64,000 nucleotides of DNA from an uncultured Verrucomicrobiae bacterium (GTDB lineage Bacteria; Verrucomicrobiota; Verrucomicrobiia; Limisphaerales; Palsa-1400): assembly GCA_963702845.1 (NCBI GenBank), contig OY969763.1, positions 1,728,001 to 1,792,000 on the forward strand. Direction: 5' to 3'. Position numbers and translations under genes: made by a program. Below are positions 27,153-39,942 of the stretch, piece after piece. Under the pieces are notes generated by a model that saw nothing but the letters and a program-made list of their open reading frames with translations, made no database searches and was not told the origin of the DNA. How positions within the stretch are numbered: position 1 is the stretch's first letter; every line of letters starts with the position of its first letter.

Positions 27153-27877
27153 ATGATAAACTTTTTGCGCAACCTATTTTGCTCGTCGCTCGGCAAGAAG
27201 TACATCATGTCGATCACCGGCTTCGCGCTTGTTGGCTTCGTGGTCGCTCACATGATAGGCAATCTTCAGGTATTCCTTGGAGCGGAAGCGATCAATCGAT
27301 ACGGACATTTTCTACAGAGCAACGTGGAACTGTTGTGGCCCGCGCGGATTTCGCTAATCGTGATTGTCTTGCTCCACATCTGGTCGGCGTCGCGATTGAC
27401 CATTGAAAATCGCGCCGCGCGTCCGGTCGGTTATGCTGAATGGAATCCGACCGTCGCAAGCTACGCATCGCGCACGATGATGATGACCGGTTTGATCGTC
27501 GCCGTTTTTCGTCATTTACCACATTCTCCATTTCACGGTGATGGTACAGGCGGTGAACCTGCTGCATAACCACAGCGATTTCGCGCACGATCCATATTTT
27601 GTCGATGCCCAAGGTCGTCACGATATTTATCGAATGATGGTCGTCGGGTTCCGCCAACCGCTGGTTGCGTTGTTTTACATCATCGCCGTTGGCTTGCTTT
27701 GCCTACATCTGAGTCACGGCATTTCTGCGATGTTTCAATCGCTCGGCTGGAAGAAGCGCGCCTACGCACGCTTCCTCGACAATGCGGCGCAAAGTTGCGG
27801 CATGGATTTTGTTCCTCGGTTACATCTCCATCCCTTTTTCGATTTTAGTGCTCCATTTCGGAGGTGACGTGCCATGA
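27153..27877 (+). CDS. sdhC: succinate dehydrogenase cytochrome b subunit (two apparent frameshifts)
   Basis: [33 protein letters not shown]; indels near 27508 and 27790; corrected frame ends ATGA-overlapping sdhA. Confidence 0.85.
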
Positions 27878-29786
27878 AGCTTGATTCAAAAATTCCCGCC
27901 GGTCCGCTCGCTCAAAAATGGGATAAGCATAAATTTGATCTCAAGCTGGTAAACCCGGCGAACAAGCGGAAGTTCGACATCATCGTCGTCGGGACTGGTT
28001 TGGCTGGAGCTTCCGCCGCGGCGACGCTCGCGGAACTTGGCTACAACGTAAAAGCGTTTTGCTATCAGGACAGCCCTCGCCGCGCGCATAGCATCGCGGC
28101 ACAGGGCGGTATCAATGCCGCCAAGAATTACCAGAACGACGGCGACATCATTTACCGGCTTTTCTACGACACAATTAAAGGTGGTGACTTCCGCGCCCGT
28201 GAAGCGAACGTCTACCGTCTGGCGCAAGTCAGCGTCAACATTATCGACCAGTGCGTCGCGCAGGGCGTTCCGTTTGCGCGGGAATACGGAGGGTTCTTGG
28301 CGAATCGTTCTTTCGGTGGTGCACAGGTCTCGCGCACGTTCTACGCGCGCGGCCAAACTGGCCAACAACTTTTGCTCGGAGCGTATCAAGCTCTTTGTCG
28401 TCAAATTGGCGCGGGCAAAGTGAAGATGTATCCGCGCACCGAGATGCTGGATCTGGTGCTCGTCAACGGTCATGCCAAAGGCATCGTCGTTCGCGACATG
28501 GTTACTGGTGAGATTTCGTCGCACGCAGCCGATGCGGTCGTTTTGGCGACCGGCGGTTACGGAAACGTTTTTTATCTTTCGACAAACGCCAAAGGCTGCA
28601 ACGCCACAGCAATCTGGCGCGCCTACAAAAAAGGCGCCGCGTTTGCGAATCCCTGCTACACGCAGATTCATCCAACCTGCATTCCAGTCAGCGGCGATCA
28701 TCAATCGAAACTGACGTTGATGTCCGAGTCGTTGCGTAACGACGGTCGGGTTTGGGTTTCGAAGAAAAAGGGTGACACGCGAACGGCAGATCAGATTCCG
28801 GAAGACGAGCGCGATTATTTTCTCGAACGCAAATACCCGAGCTTCGGCAATCTCGCGCCTCGCGATATTTCTTCACGCGCTGCCAAAGAAGTTTGTGATG
28901 AGGGCAGGGGAGTTGGTCCAGGTGGACGCGGCGTTTATCTCGATTTTGCAGACGCGATCAAACGGATCGGCGAACAGGCTGTGCGCGAACGTTACGGCAA
29001 TCTTTTCGAAATGTATGAAAAGATCACCGGCGAAGATGCATACAAAATTCCGATGCGCATCTATCCCGCGGTCCACTACACCATGGGTGGTCTTTGGGTG
29101 GATTACAATTTGATGAGCAGCATTCCCGGGTTGCTTCGTTCTCGGCGAAGCGAACTTCTCCGATCACGGTGCAAACCGTCTCGGTGCAAGCGCACTGATG
29201 CAAGGCTTGCCGACGGTTACTTTGTTTTGCCATATACGATTGGTGATTATTTCGCGACGGCGAAGCAGCCGAAGCCCAAAACCGATTCCGCAGAGTTCAA
29301 ACAGGCGGTTCAACAGGCGACCGATTTGACGAAGAAGATGCTGTCGATCAACGGCAAACGGACGGTTAATTCCTTCCATAAAGAACTCGGCACTCTGATG
29401 TGGGAAAACTGCGGGATGGCGCGAACTGAGAAGAGCCTCAAAGAAGCGCTGCAAAAAATTCCGGCGTTGCGAGAAGAATTTTGGAAGAACGTGAAGGTTG
29501 CTGGTTCGAGCGACGAATTGAACCAGAACCTCGAACACGCCGCCCGAGTGGCGGACTTCCTCGAGTTCGCCGAACTGCTATGTACCGATGCGCTGAATCG
29601 CAATGAATCCTGTGGCGGCCACTTTCGTTCCGAGTATCAGACCGAAGAGGGCGAAGCCAAACGCGACGACCAGAACTACGCATATGTTGCCGCGTGGGAA
29701 TATGCTGGGCCAGGTAAAGCCCCGATCTTGAACAAAGAACCGCTGGTGTACGAAGAAGTGCACATGAGCACGCGGAGCTATAAGTA

Positions 29787-29787
<1 letters not shown>
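27874..29787 (+). CDS. sdhA: succinate dehydrogenase/fumarate reductase flavoprotein
   Basis: [57 protein letters not shown] lies in a shifted frame at ~29134-29208. Confidence 0.93.
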
Positions 29788-30564
<777 letters not shown>

Positions 30565-30570
30565 TTCAGC

Positions 30571-30768
30571 TCAGCGGGTTAAAAGACCGTCGGCTTCCAT
30601 TTGGCGGACGAGATCCTTTTCCGCCATTACCCAATCGTCCAGCGTCAACGTCTCGGTATCGAGTTTGTCGCGGTACAGTTCGAACGCGTGCTGGCGGACC
30701 TGCCCTGCAGTGATCCCTGGTGTGAACGGTTTAGGTTGAGGAATACCTTTTTGTTCGGATTTTTTCAT
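30571..30768 (-). CDS. small DUF2934-like protein
   Basis: VRQHAFELYR...DDWVMAEKDL. Confidence 0.6.
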   Translation of the reverse strand: MKKSEQKGIPQPKPFTPGITAGQVRQHAFELYRDKLDTETLTLDDWVMAEKDLVRQMEADGLLTR

Positions 30769-30779
30769 ACCTGGACCTT

Positions 30780-31247
30780 TCATGAAAAACATACCCCCGT
30801 GCCGAAGCTTTGCAACCGCCACTTATTGTCCGCTCCAAGACATAAAAGGCGGAAGGTTACGCACGATCCCAAAAACGACCACGACAACCAGCAGCATCCA
30901 AAGCCAGTATGCGGGAGGTTGATGGATTTGCCGGTTACCTTAAGAATTCCTATCCAAGCGAACACAGGCAGCAGCACGATATACAATGGGTTGAGATGAA
31001 AAGCATTGGTCAGGTTTCCGTGTAACAGTTGATGCGTTGCGCGCAAACAACCGCACGCGGAACAAGACCAACCTGTCAGATGCTTGAATGTGCAGCCCGG
31101 GTAAAAACTGGAATGTTGCGGGTCGAATGCGAACAAAACGATCGCAGCGCCTATAAGTGGCAGTGCCGCAAGCCACACAAGCCGCCTCGCATTGTTAGAG
31201 GTCTGACTGGATTCGATCTCGGGCGGAGCTAATGGTTCAGCGCTCAT
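30780..31247 (-). CDS. DUF2752-like membrane protein (3' end probably frameshifted)
   Basis: FYPGCTFKHLTGWSCSACGCLRATHQLLHG...AFHLNPL. Confidence 0.75.
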   Translation of the reverse strand: MSAEPLAPPEIESSQTSNNARRLVWLAALPLIGAAIVLFAFDPQHSSFYPGCTFKHLTGWSCSACGCLRATHQLLHGNLTNAFHLNPLYIVLLPVFAWIGILKVTGKSINLPHTGFGCCWLSWSFLGSCVTFRLLCLGADNKWRLQSFGTGVCFS

Positions 31248-31271
31248 ACGTTCCGAGGCTCCCTTCGGATT

Positions 31272-32318
31272 CTACGAAGCGAGGTCCTTCAATTTTTGCA
31301 GTGCCTTGCCGCTGTCGATAATGTCGGCGGCGTATTCCCAGCCGACAGCAACTGACTTGGTTTTGCCGGCCACAAACAGAGCCGCTGCGGCATTCAAGAG
31401 AACGGCATCACGCTTCGGTCCGCGTTCATCCCCTCGGAATAAGCGTCGGATAATCTCCGCATTGGCAGTGCGGTCGCTACCGGCGAGGTCTTCCAATGTC
31501 GCAGGTTGGAGCGGGAGTTCGTCATGCGCCATAATCGAAGACGAGAAACCGCGTTCGTGATAAAATTCGGCGATGACGTTGTCACCAAGCGTGGAGAGTT
31601 CGTCGAGGTAAAACGACTTGAACTCACCAACGCGAATTCCGCCGGAAACAACCATTCCACGTCGTATGCCAAGAGTCTGTAACACGCGCGCCATCGGTTC
31701 GCACAATCCTGGTTGCGGGACGCCGATGAGTTGCGCAGTCGGGCGAGCAGGGTTTAGGAGCGGCCCGAGAAAATTAAAAATCGTGCGCTGACCTTTTTCG
31801 CCGCACAGTTTTCGAACCTGAGCAATGTTCTTGAAGGCCGGGTGATAGTTTGGCGCGAAGAAGAATGCAAAATGATGTTCGCGCAATGCTTGTGCGGCTG
31901 TTTCGGGTTGGTGATCGACTTTGACACCGAGGGCTTCCAGGACATCAGCGCTCCCACATTGCGAGGTGATGGCGCGATTGCCGTGCTTGGCCACCGGCAC
32001 GCCAGCCGCGGCAACGACGATCGCCACGCTCGTTGAAATGTTGAAAGTATTCAACCGATCCCCGCCGGTTCCGCAAACATCGAGAATTTCCAACGAACGA
32101 GTGTGGGCATCAATCGGAGGTTGAATGGACAACTCACGAAGTGCTTCGGCAAACGCGGCGATCTCATTCGGGGTTTCGCCTTTTTGCGCAAGGGCCGTCA
32201 GGAACTCGGCTTTAACTGCGATCGAAACTTTCTCGCCGACGAGCAACTCAACCGCGTAGCTGACCTGTTCGCGAGACAGCTCTTTGCCCGATTTGAGTTG
32301 TTCGATCAGTAATTGCAC
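31272..32318 (-). CDS. trpD: anthranilate phosphoribosyltransferase
   Basis: DVCGTGGD, NIST, KHGNR, GSADVLEALG, RTIFNFLGPLLNP. Confidence 0.95.
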   Translation of the reverse strand: MQLLIEQLKSGKELSREQVSYAVELLVGEKVSIAVKAEFLTALAQKGETPNEIAAFAEALRELSIQPPIDAHTRSLEILDVCGTGGDRLNTFNISTSVAIVVAAAGVPVAKHGNRAITSQCGSADVLEALGVKVDHQPETAAQALREHHFAFFFAPNYHPAFKNIAQVRKLCGEKGQRTIFNFLGPLLNPARPTAQLIGVPQPGLCEPMARVLQTLGIRRGMVVSGGIRVGEFKSFYLDELSTLGDNVIAEFYHERGFSSSIMAHDELPLQPATLEDLAGSDRTANAEIIRRLFRGDERGPKRDAVLLNAAAALFVAGKTKSVAVGWEYAADIIDSGKALQKLKDLAS

Positions 32319-32424
32319 TTGCGTAGTTTAAGTTGAACAACTCGGCTTTGCCAATCCTCCGTCGCTGCCAAAAATGCGGTGTGTTCAAATCGGCCGCGTT
32401 TATGTTTAGGATGAAGCTCTGTCG

Positions 32425-33432
32425 ATGAGACCAGAAATTTTGCCAACACATACGGCGGCGTTGTTTGATGCGGCGGTTGAACGAGCCGTTGATTTGTTGC
32501 GCGCGGGCGATATTGTCGCGCTGCCGACCGAAACAGTTTATGGGTTGGCTGCAAACGCGTTTAATCCGGCGGCGGTGGAGAAAATTTACCAGGCAAAAGG
32601 TCGGCCGGCCCACAATCCCATCATTGTTCACGTCGCCAGCCATGCGATGGCAGTCGAGTGCGTTGCACAATGGCCCGACTCGGCAGCGAGGCTGGCAAAA
32701 TCATTTTGGCCGGGACCACTCACGTTGGTGTTGCCGAAGGCGGAGAAGGTTCCCGACATCGTGACGGCTGGAGGATCTACAGTTGGAGTTCGCTGGCCGA
32801 GCCATCCAATTATACAAGCGGTGATTAAAAAATGTGGATTCCCACTGGCAGCGCCGAGCGCGAATCGCTCGAATGAAATCTCGCCCACGACAGCCGAACA
32901 CGTGTGCAAAAGCCTGGGTGATTCCGTGAAGTTAATTGTCGACGGCGGCGCGGCAAATGTCGGTATTGAGTCGACGGTCGTTGACCTGGCCTCTGAGCGT
33001 CCCCGAATCCTGCGCCCGGGGATGATTCACGAAGAGTCTTTGTCAGCGGCACTTGGAGATGCAGCGATCAGCTCAAACGATGGGCGCGACGAAACGCTGC
33101 GCAGTCCAGGAATGTTGCCGAAGCACTACGCGCCAAAGGCGAAATTGGTGGTGCTGAGTTGGGACTCTGCCGAGCAACTGCGCTCGCGAATTGCGAGTTA
33201 CAATTTGCCCGGACAGCTTGTGCACATTGTGGCGCACACTCATATTCCGTCCGAAGACATATTCGGAAGAGTGTCTGTCATTCCCCATGATCCCGAAGCA
33301 TTTGCACGCGCGCTTTACGGGGAATTGCACCGGTGCGACGAAGAGAGCGCAAAATTAATCGTTGTTGAAGCGCCACCAGACGAACCGGCCTGGCGCGGAA
33401 TCGCCGATCGCCTCGCTCGCGCTGCGGTTTGA
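32425..33432 (+). CDS. sua5: L-threonylcarbamoyladenylate synthase (Sua5 type)
   Basis: PTETVYGL, KGRPAHNP, AAPSAN, SPGMLPKHYAP. Confidence 0.93.
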   Translation: MRPEILPTHTAALFDAAVERAVDLLRAGDIVALPTETVYGLAANAFNPAAVEKIYQAKGRPAHNPIIVHVASHAMAVECVAQWPDSAARLAKSFWPGPLTLVLPKAEKVPDIVTAGGSTVGVRWPSHPIIQAVIKKCGFPLAAPSANRSNEISPTTAEHVCKSLGDSVKLIVDGGAANVGIESTVVDLASERPRILRPGMIHEESLSAALGDAAISSNDGRDETLRSPGMLPKHYAPKAKLVVLSWDSAEQLRSRIASYNLPGQLVHIVAHTHIPSEDIFGRVSVIPHDPEAFARALYGELHRCDEESAKLIVVEAPPDEPAWRGIADRLARAAV

Positions 33433-33514
33433 CACGCATCAAGTTTCGCCTCTACGACAGTTTGCGATGTGATTTGACGAAATGGTTGAAGTTCCGCACC
33501 CTGCCTGCCGTCAA

Positions 33515-35044
33515 ATGCGATACATGAAACTAGTTTGTTTCGCTTGCTGCGCAATTACTTGCGCGGTGCAAGCTCAAGCCCAAACGAACAAGAGCCTTTC
33601 TCTGAGTTTGCAGCAGGCCGTGGAAATGGCTGTTGAACATAACCTTGATGTCCAGATTTCCCGATATCAGCCGATCATCGATGAATTTACGGTGAGCAAG
33701 GATTATGCGGTGTACGAGCCTGCGTTCAACAGCACTTTTCAGCGAGCGTGGCAAACCAATGCGGGCAGCATTAGCCCGAGTGGCGTTGCAAATGTCGGAC
33801 AACGTTCCGACGACTCGACTGCGCAGGCCAGCATCGGATCTGCAACCGGGGGGCCAGCGGTGACACCATGGGGGATGCAGTATCAGCTTTCGACTTCTGT
33901 CGATAAAACAACTTTTTTCCGTACAAATTTTTTCGACCAGGCTAAGTCGTCAGCTCTGGCTAGTGTCACGCAACCACTGTTGCGCAATGCATGGATCGAT
34001 GCCAATCGCCAGACCATATTGATTGCGAAGGAAACAGTGAAATTCGACACGCTTGGGTTCTGCCTTCAGGCGCTCAACACCGTGGCGCAAACGGAGCAGG
34101 CTTATTACGAGCTGATTTACGATTACGAAAATGTGAAGGTGCAGCAGGCGGCGGTTGATCTGGCGGCCCAACAGGCGAGGGAAGACCAGAAACGCGTTGA
34201 AGTCGGCGCCATGGCACCGCTGGATGCGAAGCAGAGTGAATCGCAATTAGCGACCAGCAAGGCAGCGCTACTGACAGCGCAACAGACATTGGGTACGCAG
34301 GAAAATAACCTTAAGGGACTCATCACTGATAAATATCGTGATATTTACTGTCTGCGGATAGTGCCGGCCGAAAAGCTGGTGGCAGTCCCGGAGCAGATTG
34401 ATTTGCAGGAGGCCTGGCAGAACAGCGTTAAGCTGCGACCAGACCTGCTGCAGGCGAAGGTTGTTCTGGCGAAGAATGGAATCAATTTGCGCTATGCGAA
34501 AAATCAATTGTTTCCTGAAGTGGACGCTTTTGGCACCTACGGTCGGCAGGGCTTCGCGCAGGCGACTGAGCCTTTTATGCAGCCTACGGTTGGTCCTTCG
34601 CTGCAGAATATTGCCGATGATCGATTTCCAAATTATTCATACGGGTTGCAGATGAGCATTCCGCTCGGGGCAACGGGTCAACGTGCTGGGTATCGGTCAG
34701 CCAAAGCGGCCATTGAGCAAGCGAAGCTGCAGTACGAAAAAACTGAGCAAGGCCTGTTGATTACGATCCAGAACACGGTAGGAAACATTAATTCCACAAT
34801 GGAAAGAATCCGGGCGACCCGCGAAGCGCGTGCATTTGCCCAGGACGCGCTCGAGGCGGGCCAAAAGAAACTTGAAGTAGGAAAGAGTACGACGTTCGAA
34901 GTGCTGGGGCTCCAGAAAAATCTCACCCAGGCACGCACTGATGAAATTCGTGCGCTGGCAGATTACAACGAGGCTCTGTCAACGTTGGCGCTAAACGAAG
35001 GCACGACATTGCGGAACCATCATTTGAACGTCAAAGTTAAATAG
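33515..35044 (+). CDS. TolC-family outer membrane protein
   Basis: LSLQQAVEMAVEHNLD, TQPLLR, AYYEL, RPDL, two OEP halves. Confidence 0.85.
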   Translation: MRYMKLVCFACCAITCAVQAQAQTNKSLSLSLQQAVEMAVEHNLDVQISRYQPIIDEFTVSKDYAVYEPAFNSTFQRAWQTNAGSISPSGVANVGQRSDDSTAQASIGSATGGPAVTPWGMQYQLSTSVDKTTFFRTNFFDQAKSSALASVTQPLLRNAWIDANRQTILIAKETVKFDTLGFCLQALNTVAQTEQAYYELIYDYENVKVQQAAVDLAAQQAREDQKRVEVGAMAPLDAKQSESQLATSKAALLTAQQTLGTQENNLKGLITDKYRDIYCLRIVPAEKLVAVPEQIDLQEAWQNSVKLRPDLLQAKVVLAKNGINLRYAKNQLFPEVDAFGTYGRQGFAQATEPFMQPTVGPSLQNIADDRFPNYSYGLQMSIPLGATGQRAGYRSAKAAIEQAKLQYEKTEQGLLITIQNTVGNINSTMERIRATREARAFAQDALEAGQKKLEVGKSTTFEVLGLQKNLTQARTDEIRALADYNEALSTLALNEGTTLRNHHLNVKVK

Positions 35045-35074
35045 TAGAGCGCCGCCTTGAGTCGGCGAGCCTGA

Positions 35075-37621
35075 ATGCCAGAAGTCCTCACATCCAGTCT
35101 TCGGCCGAGCGTTAGCGGCAAATTCTTCCGCGTCGGCGAGAAGAAGTTTTACCTCAAGGGTGTGACCTATGGGCCATTCGCCCCGAACGCGGAGGGTGAC
35201 GCTTTTCCCACCCACAAGCAAACCGCCCGCGATTTCACCCTGATTCGGAAACTCGGCGGCAACGTGCTGCGAATTTATCAAGTCCCGCCGCGTTGGTTTC
35301 TTGATCTCGCCGCCGAGCACGATCTCAAACTATTGATCGATATTTGCTGGGACAAACACATCTGCTTTCTCGATTCTCCAGAAAAGTGCGATCGTGCAAA
35401 AAGCGCGGTGCGTCGTGCGGTGCAGAGTTGCGCGAGGCATCCGGCTGTTTTCGCTTATAGCGTCGTAAATGAAATTCCGGCGGACGTGGTTCGCTGGAGC
35501 GGCGCTGATCGTATCGAAAAATTTATCGACGAACTGATCGCCGTCGCTAAAGACGTCGATCCGGAATGTCTCTGCACATTCGGTAACTATCCCCCCACGG
35601 AATTTCTCGCGCCGCATTTAATCGATTTCTTTTGCTTCAACGTCTACCTGCACAACCAGCGTCCGTTCGAAAATTACCTCGCGCGCTTGCAGATGATCGC
35701 TAATGAGAAGCCGCTGGTGCTGGGAGAAATTGGCATCGATACCATTCGCGAAGGCGAAGGGCAAAAGTGCGAGATGCTCGATTGGATGCTAGAATCGACC
35801 TTTCGCGGCGGTGCCGCAGGAGCGGTCGTGTTTAGTTTCACCGATGAATGGTTCAAAGATGGGCGCGAGATTCTCGAGTGGGGTTTCGGACTGACAACGC
35901 GCGAGCGTCAGCCGAAAGATTCTTTTGCAGTGGTGCAGAGCAAGTTCGAAACAGCCCCGTTCTTTCCTTTGCCGCGCACGCCGAAGGTTTCGATTGTCGT
36001 GGCCTGCTATAACGGAGGCCGCACGCTGCAGGCGTGTTTGGATTCATTGCTTCTGCTGAATTATCCCGACTACGAAGTCATTTTGGTTGACGACGGTTCA
36101 ACTGACATCACACCGCAGGTTGCGTCTTTGTATAAAAAAGTTCGATACTGCCGATTGTCGCATCACGGTCTATCGGTGGCGCGAAATGCCGGGATCGAAT
36201 TGGCCGAAGGCGAAGTGGTGGCGTTTACGGATGCAGACTGTCGAGCGGACGAAGATTGGCTGTATTACATCGTCAGCGACCTTTTGAAGGGTTCGTTTGT
36301 CGCGGTTGGCGGTCATAACTTTTTGCCGCCGGATGATTCTCCATTGGCAGCAGCCGTGATGGTTGCACCCGGCGGGCCGGCCCATGTGATGCTGACCGAT
36401 CGAGTCGCTGAACACATTCCTGGTTGCAACATGGCGTTCTACAAATGGTCGCTGAAAGAAATTGCCGGGTTTGATCCAATTTTCGAAAAAGCCGGAGACG
36501 ACGTTGATGTTTGCTGGCGATTGCAACAGCGCGGATACAAGATCGGTTTTTCTCCAGGGGGGTTCGTCTGGCATTATCGCCGGTCGACAGTGGGTGCATA
36601 TTTAAGACAGCAACGCGGTTACGGAGAAGCCGAGGCGTTGCTGGTCAGGCGGCATCCCGAATATTTCAATTCGTTTGGCTCCAGTATGTGGCAGGGGAAA
36701 ATTTATTCGAGTGCTGCCAGCGGGGTCACGCTTCGTCGCCCGATGATCTATCACGGTTCCTTCGGCACTGGGTTTTTCCAAAGCGTCTACCGCGCCGCCC
36801 CAGCCTTTGCCTTAATGCTGTGTACAACGCTCGAATACCACGCGCTTGTGACGTTGCCCCTGCTGGTGCTGTCCGTCCCATTTCATTACCTGATCCCGCT
36901 GGCCGTAACGAGTGTCGCCGTTTCGCTGTTGGTCTGCATTGCGGCGGCAGCCCAAGCTGAGCTGCCGGTCAACAAATATCGATTCTGGTCGCGGCCAGTG
37001 ATTGCGTTGATGTTTTTCCTTCAGCCGATCTTGCGCGGATGGGCTCGCTATCAGGGACGCCTTGCAATCGGACCGACGCCGCAATCGGCGATGCGCGGAT
37101 TGTCTTCCCGCGATATGAAGGATCAGCCGGACGAATTCCGGAACGTTAACTTCTGGGGCGACGTTGCAGTTGATCGTCTCGACTTCGTCCGCCGAATCAT
37201 CGCGCGACTGGAGGAGCAGGGGTGGCAATTAAAAGTCGACGCAGGCTGGAGCGACTTCGATTTGGAAATTCTCGGCAGCCGTTGGGCACATCTCCAGCTC
37301 ACGACCGTCTCCGAACCACAAGGTGATGGGAAACAACTGTTACGTTGTCGCCTGCGCACCGCCTGGTCGCTCTTCGCCAAAGTTGCCTTGGGTGCAATCA
37401 CCGCTTTCGACTTTCTAGTGATTGGCTTTGTCGGCACCGAAATCTTGTGGTTGTGGACTTTGCTCCTGACGATCCCGGCGTTTGCCTGGTTTGTCCGTAA
37501 TGAACAACGCAACCTGCGAAAGTTGATTGCTGTCATTATCAACGACGTTGCGCGTCAAAACGGTTTGACCAAAGTAAATTTGGATAAACCAAAGGAAAAG
37601 ACGGTGCCGGAGCACCTATAG
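35075..37621 (+). CDS. glycoside-hydrolase-like TIM barrel fused to GT2 glycosyltransferase, membrane-anchored
   Basis: [55 protein letters not shown]-terminal TMs. Confidence 0.85.
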   Translation: MPEVLTSSLRPSVSGKFFRVGEKKFYLKGVTYGPFAPNAEGDAFPTHKQTARDFTLIRKLGGNVLRIYQVPPRWFLDLAAEHDLKLLIDICWDKHICFLDSPEKCDRAKSAVRRAVQSCARHPAVFAYSVVNEIPADVVRWSGADRIEKFIDELIAVAKDVDPECLCTFGNYPPTEFLAPHLIDFFCFNVYLHNQRPFENYLARLQMIANEKPLVLGEIGIDTIREGEGQKCEMLDWMLESTFRGGAAGAVVFSFTDEWFKDGREILEWGFGLTTRERQPKDSFAVVQSKFETAPFFPLPRTPKVSIVVACYNGGRTLQACLDSLLLLNYPDYEVILVDDGSTDITPQVASLYKKVRYCRLSHHGLSVARNAGIELAEGEVVAFTDADCRADEDWLYYIVSDLLKGSFVAVGGHNFLPPDDSPLAAAVMVAPGGPAHVMLTDRVAEHIPGCNMAFYKWSLKEIAGFDPIFEKAGDDVDVCWRLQQRGYKIGFSPGGFVWHYRRSTVGAYLRQQRGYGEAEALLVRRHPEYFNSFGSSMWQGKIYSSAASGVTLRRPMIYHGSFGTGFFQSVYRAAPAFALMLCTTLEYHALVTLPLLVLSVPFHYLIPLAVTSVAVSLLVCIAAAAQAELPVNKYRFWSRPVIALMFFLQPILRGWARYQGRLAIGPTPQSAMRGLSSRDMKDQPDEFRNVNFWGDVAVDRLDFVRRIIARLEEQGWQLKVDAGWSDFDLEILGSRWAHLQLTTVSEPQGDGKQLLRCRLRTAWSLFAKVALGAITAFDFLVIGFVGTEILWLWTLLLTIPAFAWFVRNEQRNLRKLIAVIINDVARQNGLTKVNLDKPKEKTVPEHL

Positions 37622-37707
37622 GGTGCCCGGACCTGTCCTCTGCAAAAGATTTTTCCGGCAACTACTTGACGGCACACCGAATTGTTTGCGAATGTCTCTC
37701 CGCGACC

Positions 37708-38502
37708 ATGCGGCAGTACCACGAACTTCTCCGACTCGTTCTCGAAAACGGAAAATTCAAAGAAGACCGCACCGGCACCGGCACCTTCTCGGTGTTCGGC
37801 GCGCAGGCGCGGTTTCCTTTGCGCCCTGATTTTCCGTTGCTCACAACGAAAAAGCTTCACCTCAAGTCGATCATTTACGAACTGCTTTGGTTCTTGCGGG
37901 GTGACACCAACGTCAAATACCTCAACGACCACGGCGTCACCATCTGGAACGAATGGGCGGATGAGGACGGAAACCTCGGACGCGTTTACGGTGCGCAATG
38001 GACCGATTGGACAAGTCCAGACGGCCGGCACATCAATCAAATCGATCGCGTCATCGAACAAATCAAAACCAATCCGAACAGTCGTCGTTTGATTGTGAGC
38101 GCGTGGAATCCCGGAGAATTGGATAAAATGGCGCTGCCTCCGTGCCATGCCTTCTTCCAGTTTTTCGTGCACGAAGGCGAGTTGAGTTGCCAACTGTATC
38201 AGCGCAGCGCAGACCTGTTTTTGGGTGTGCCCTTCAACATTGCCTCCTATGCGATGCTGACGATGATGGTGGCCCAGGTTTGTGGCCTTAAACCGGGTGA
38301 ATTCGTCCATACCTTTGGCGATTTGCATCTATATCTCAATCACGTTGAACAGGCGAAGCTGCAATTAACGCGTGAGTCGCGGCCACTGCCGCAGATGATA
38401 TTGAATCCGGCGGTTAGTAATATTCGCGATTTCAAATTCGAGGACTTCCAACTCGTCAACTACAACCCGCATCCCAGCATCAAAGCCCCTATCGCCGTTT
38501 AA
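37708..38502 (+). CDS. thyA: thymidylate synthase
   Basis: [40 protein letters not shown]. Confidence 0.97.
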   Translation: MRQYHELLRLVLENGKFKEDRTGTGTFSVFGAQARFPLRPDFPLLTTKKLHLKSIIYELLWFLRGDTNVKYLNDHGVTIWNEWADEDGNLGRVYGAQWTDWTSPDGRHINQIDRVIEQIKTNPNSRRLIVSAWNPGELDKMALPPCHAFFQFFVHEGELSCQLYQRSADLFLGVPFNIASYAMLTMMVAQVCGLKPGEFVHTFGDLHLYLNHVEQAKLQLTRESRPLPQMILNPAVSNIRDFKFEDFQLVNYNPHPSIKAPIAV

Positions 38503-38760
38503 CCCTGCGTTTGGAGGCTCTGTCAAATCGAACGGGTTGCTAGGTCAGTGCTGTTCGAAAAATTTTAATGGGGGCGGTTGCTCTTTGTGCTCCTCCAACG
38601 TTGCGTCGGAGTAGTCGTTCTGGCATCATCGCTCCCAATTAACACACCCATATGCTTACTTTGATCACCTTGCCTTCGACCTTGCTTTTTAGGCCAAAAA
38701 TTTGAATCATAAGTAACATGCTTGACTTACTAATGTAAGTCTGGCACACTTCCAAACACA

Positions 38761-39072
38761 TTGAACTCGACCACGACAATCGAGCCAGTTCGCCCTGCGG
38801 AAGGAACGCAACCGCCGACACCAGCGCCAGTGCAAGGCAATGTGGCGGCAGACAACGGCGAGAGTCATTGGCGCAGCGTTGCAAAGGCCATTTCCTGGCG
38901 TGCAGTCGGCACTGTCGATACGATGGTCATTTCGTTTATTATAACTGGAAAAGTGAAATTGGCTGTCTCGATTGGCTGCGTTGAGTTATTTACGAAGATT
39001 GCGCTGTTTTACGTGCATGAGCGCGCCTGGCACCGAATTCCATATGGCCGTGTGCCCGGTAGCACTGAGTAG
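38761..39072 (+). CDS. DUF2061 membrane protein
   Basis: ESHWRSVAKAISWR...FYVHERAW; typical neighbour of sulfate-assimilation genes. Confidence 0.8.
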   Translation: MNSTTTIEPVRPAEGTQPPTPAPVQGNVAADNGESHWRSVAKAISWRAVGTVDTMVISFIITGKVKLAVSIGCVELFTKIALFYVHERAWHRIPYGRVPGSTE

Positions 39073-39107
39073 GCTGATGACGACGACCGGCAACATTTAA
39101 TATCGCG

Positions 39108-39921
39108 ATGGACAACCTTTCAAAGCTGGAGAATCAGAGCATTTACATCATGCGCGAGGCATTCAACAAATTTGAAAACCTCGCGATGCTGTGGAGCATC
39201 GGTAAGGACTCGACCGTGTTGTTGTGGCTGGCGCGCAAAGCGTTTTTCGGTCACGTGCCGTTCCCGCTCGTGCATGTCGACACCACATACAAGATTCCGT
39301 CGATGATCGAGTATCGCGACAAACTCTGCAAAGACTGGGGATTGCAATTGGTCGTCGGTAAAAACGAAGAAGTGTTGAAAAGCGGTGTAACCTTTCCCAG
39401 CGGCAAAGCCACGCGCGTGGAATGCTGCGGCACATTGAAAAAAGACGCGCTCAAGGCCGTGCTCGATAAGCATCAAATTTACTGGCGTCATTGTCGGCGT
39501 GCGTCGCGACGAAGAACCGACTCGCGCCAAAGAACGTTATTTCAGTCCGCGCGACAAAAACATGGAATGGAACGTGGAAGATCAGCCGCCGGAGTTGTGG
39601 GACCAGTTCAAAACTGATTTTGCCAACGGCACCCACATCCGCATTCATCCGCTGCTGCATTGGACGGAATTGAACATTTGGGAATACATCCAGCGCGAAA
39701 ACATTCCTCTGATTCCGCTTTATTTTGCGAACGACAAAGGCGAGCGCTATCGCAGCCTTGGCTGCTATCCTTGCACGTTTCCCATCAAATCAAATGCCCG
39801 AACCGTCGCGGAGATCGTCGAAGAATTGCGCCACACCAAAACGCCCGAACGTGCCGGTCGCGCGCAGGACAAGGAAAGCGAAGACGCATTCGAGAAATTG
39901 CGCCGCGACGGTTACATGTAA
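39108..39921 (+). CDS. cysD: sulfate adenylyltransferase subunit 2 (apparent frameshift ~39479)
   Basis: [39 protein letters not shown]. Confidence 0.9.
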
Positions 39922-39942
39922 GCCGACGATTGGAATTTGTAG

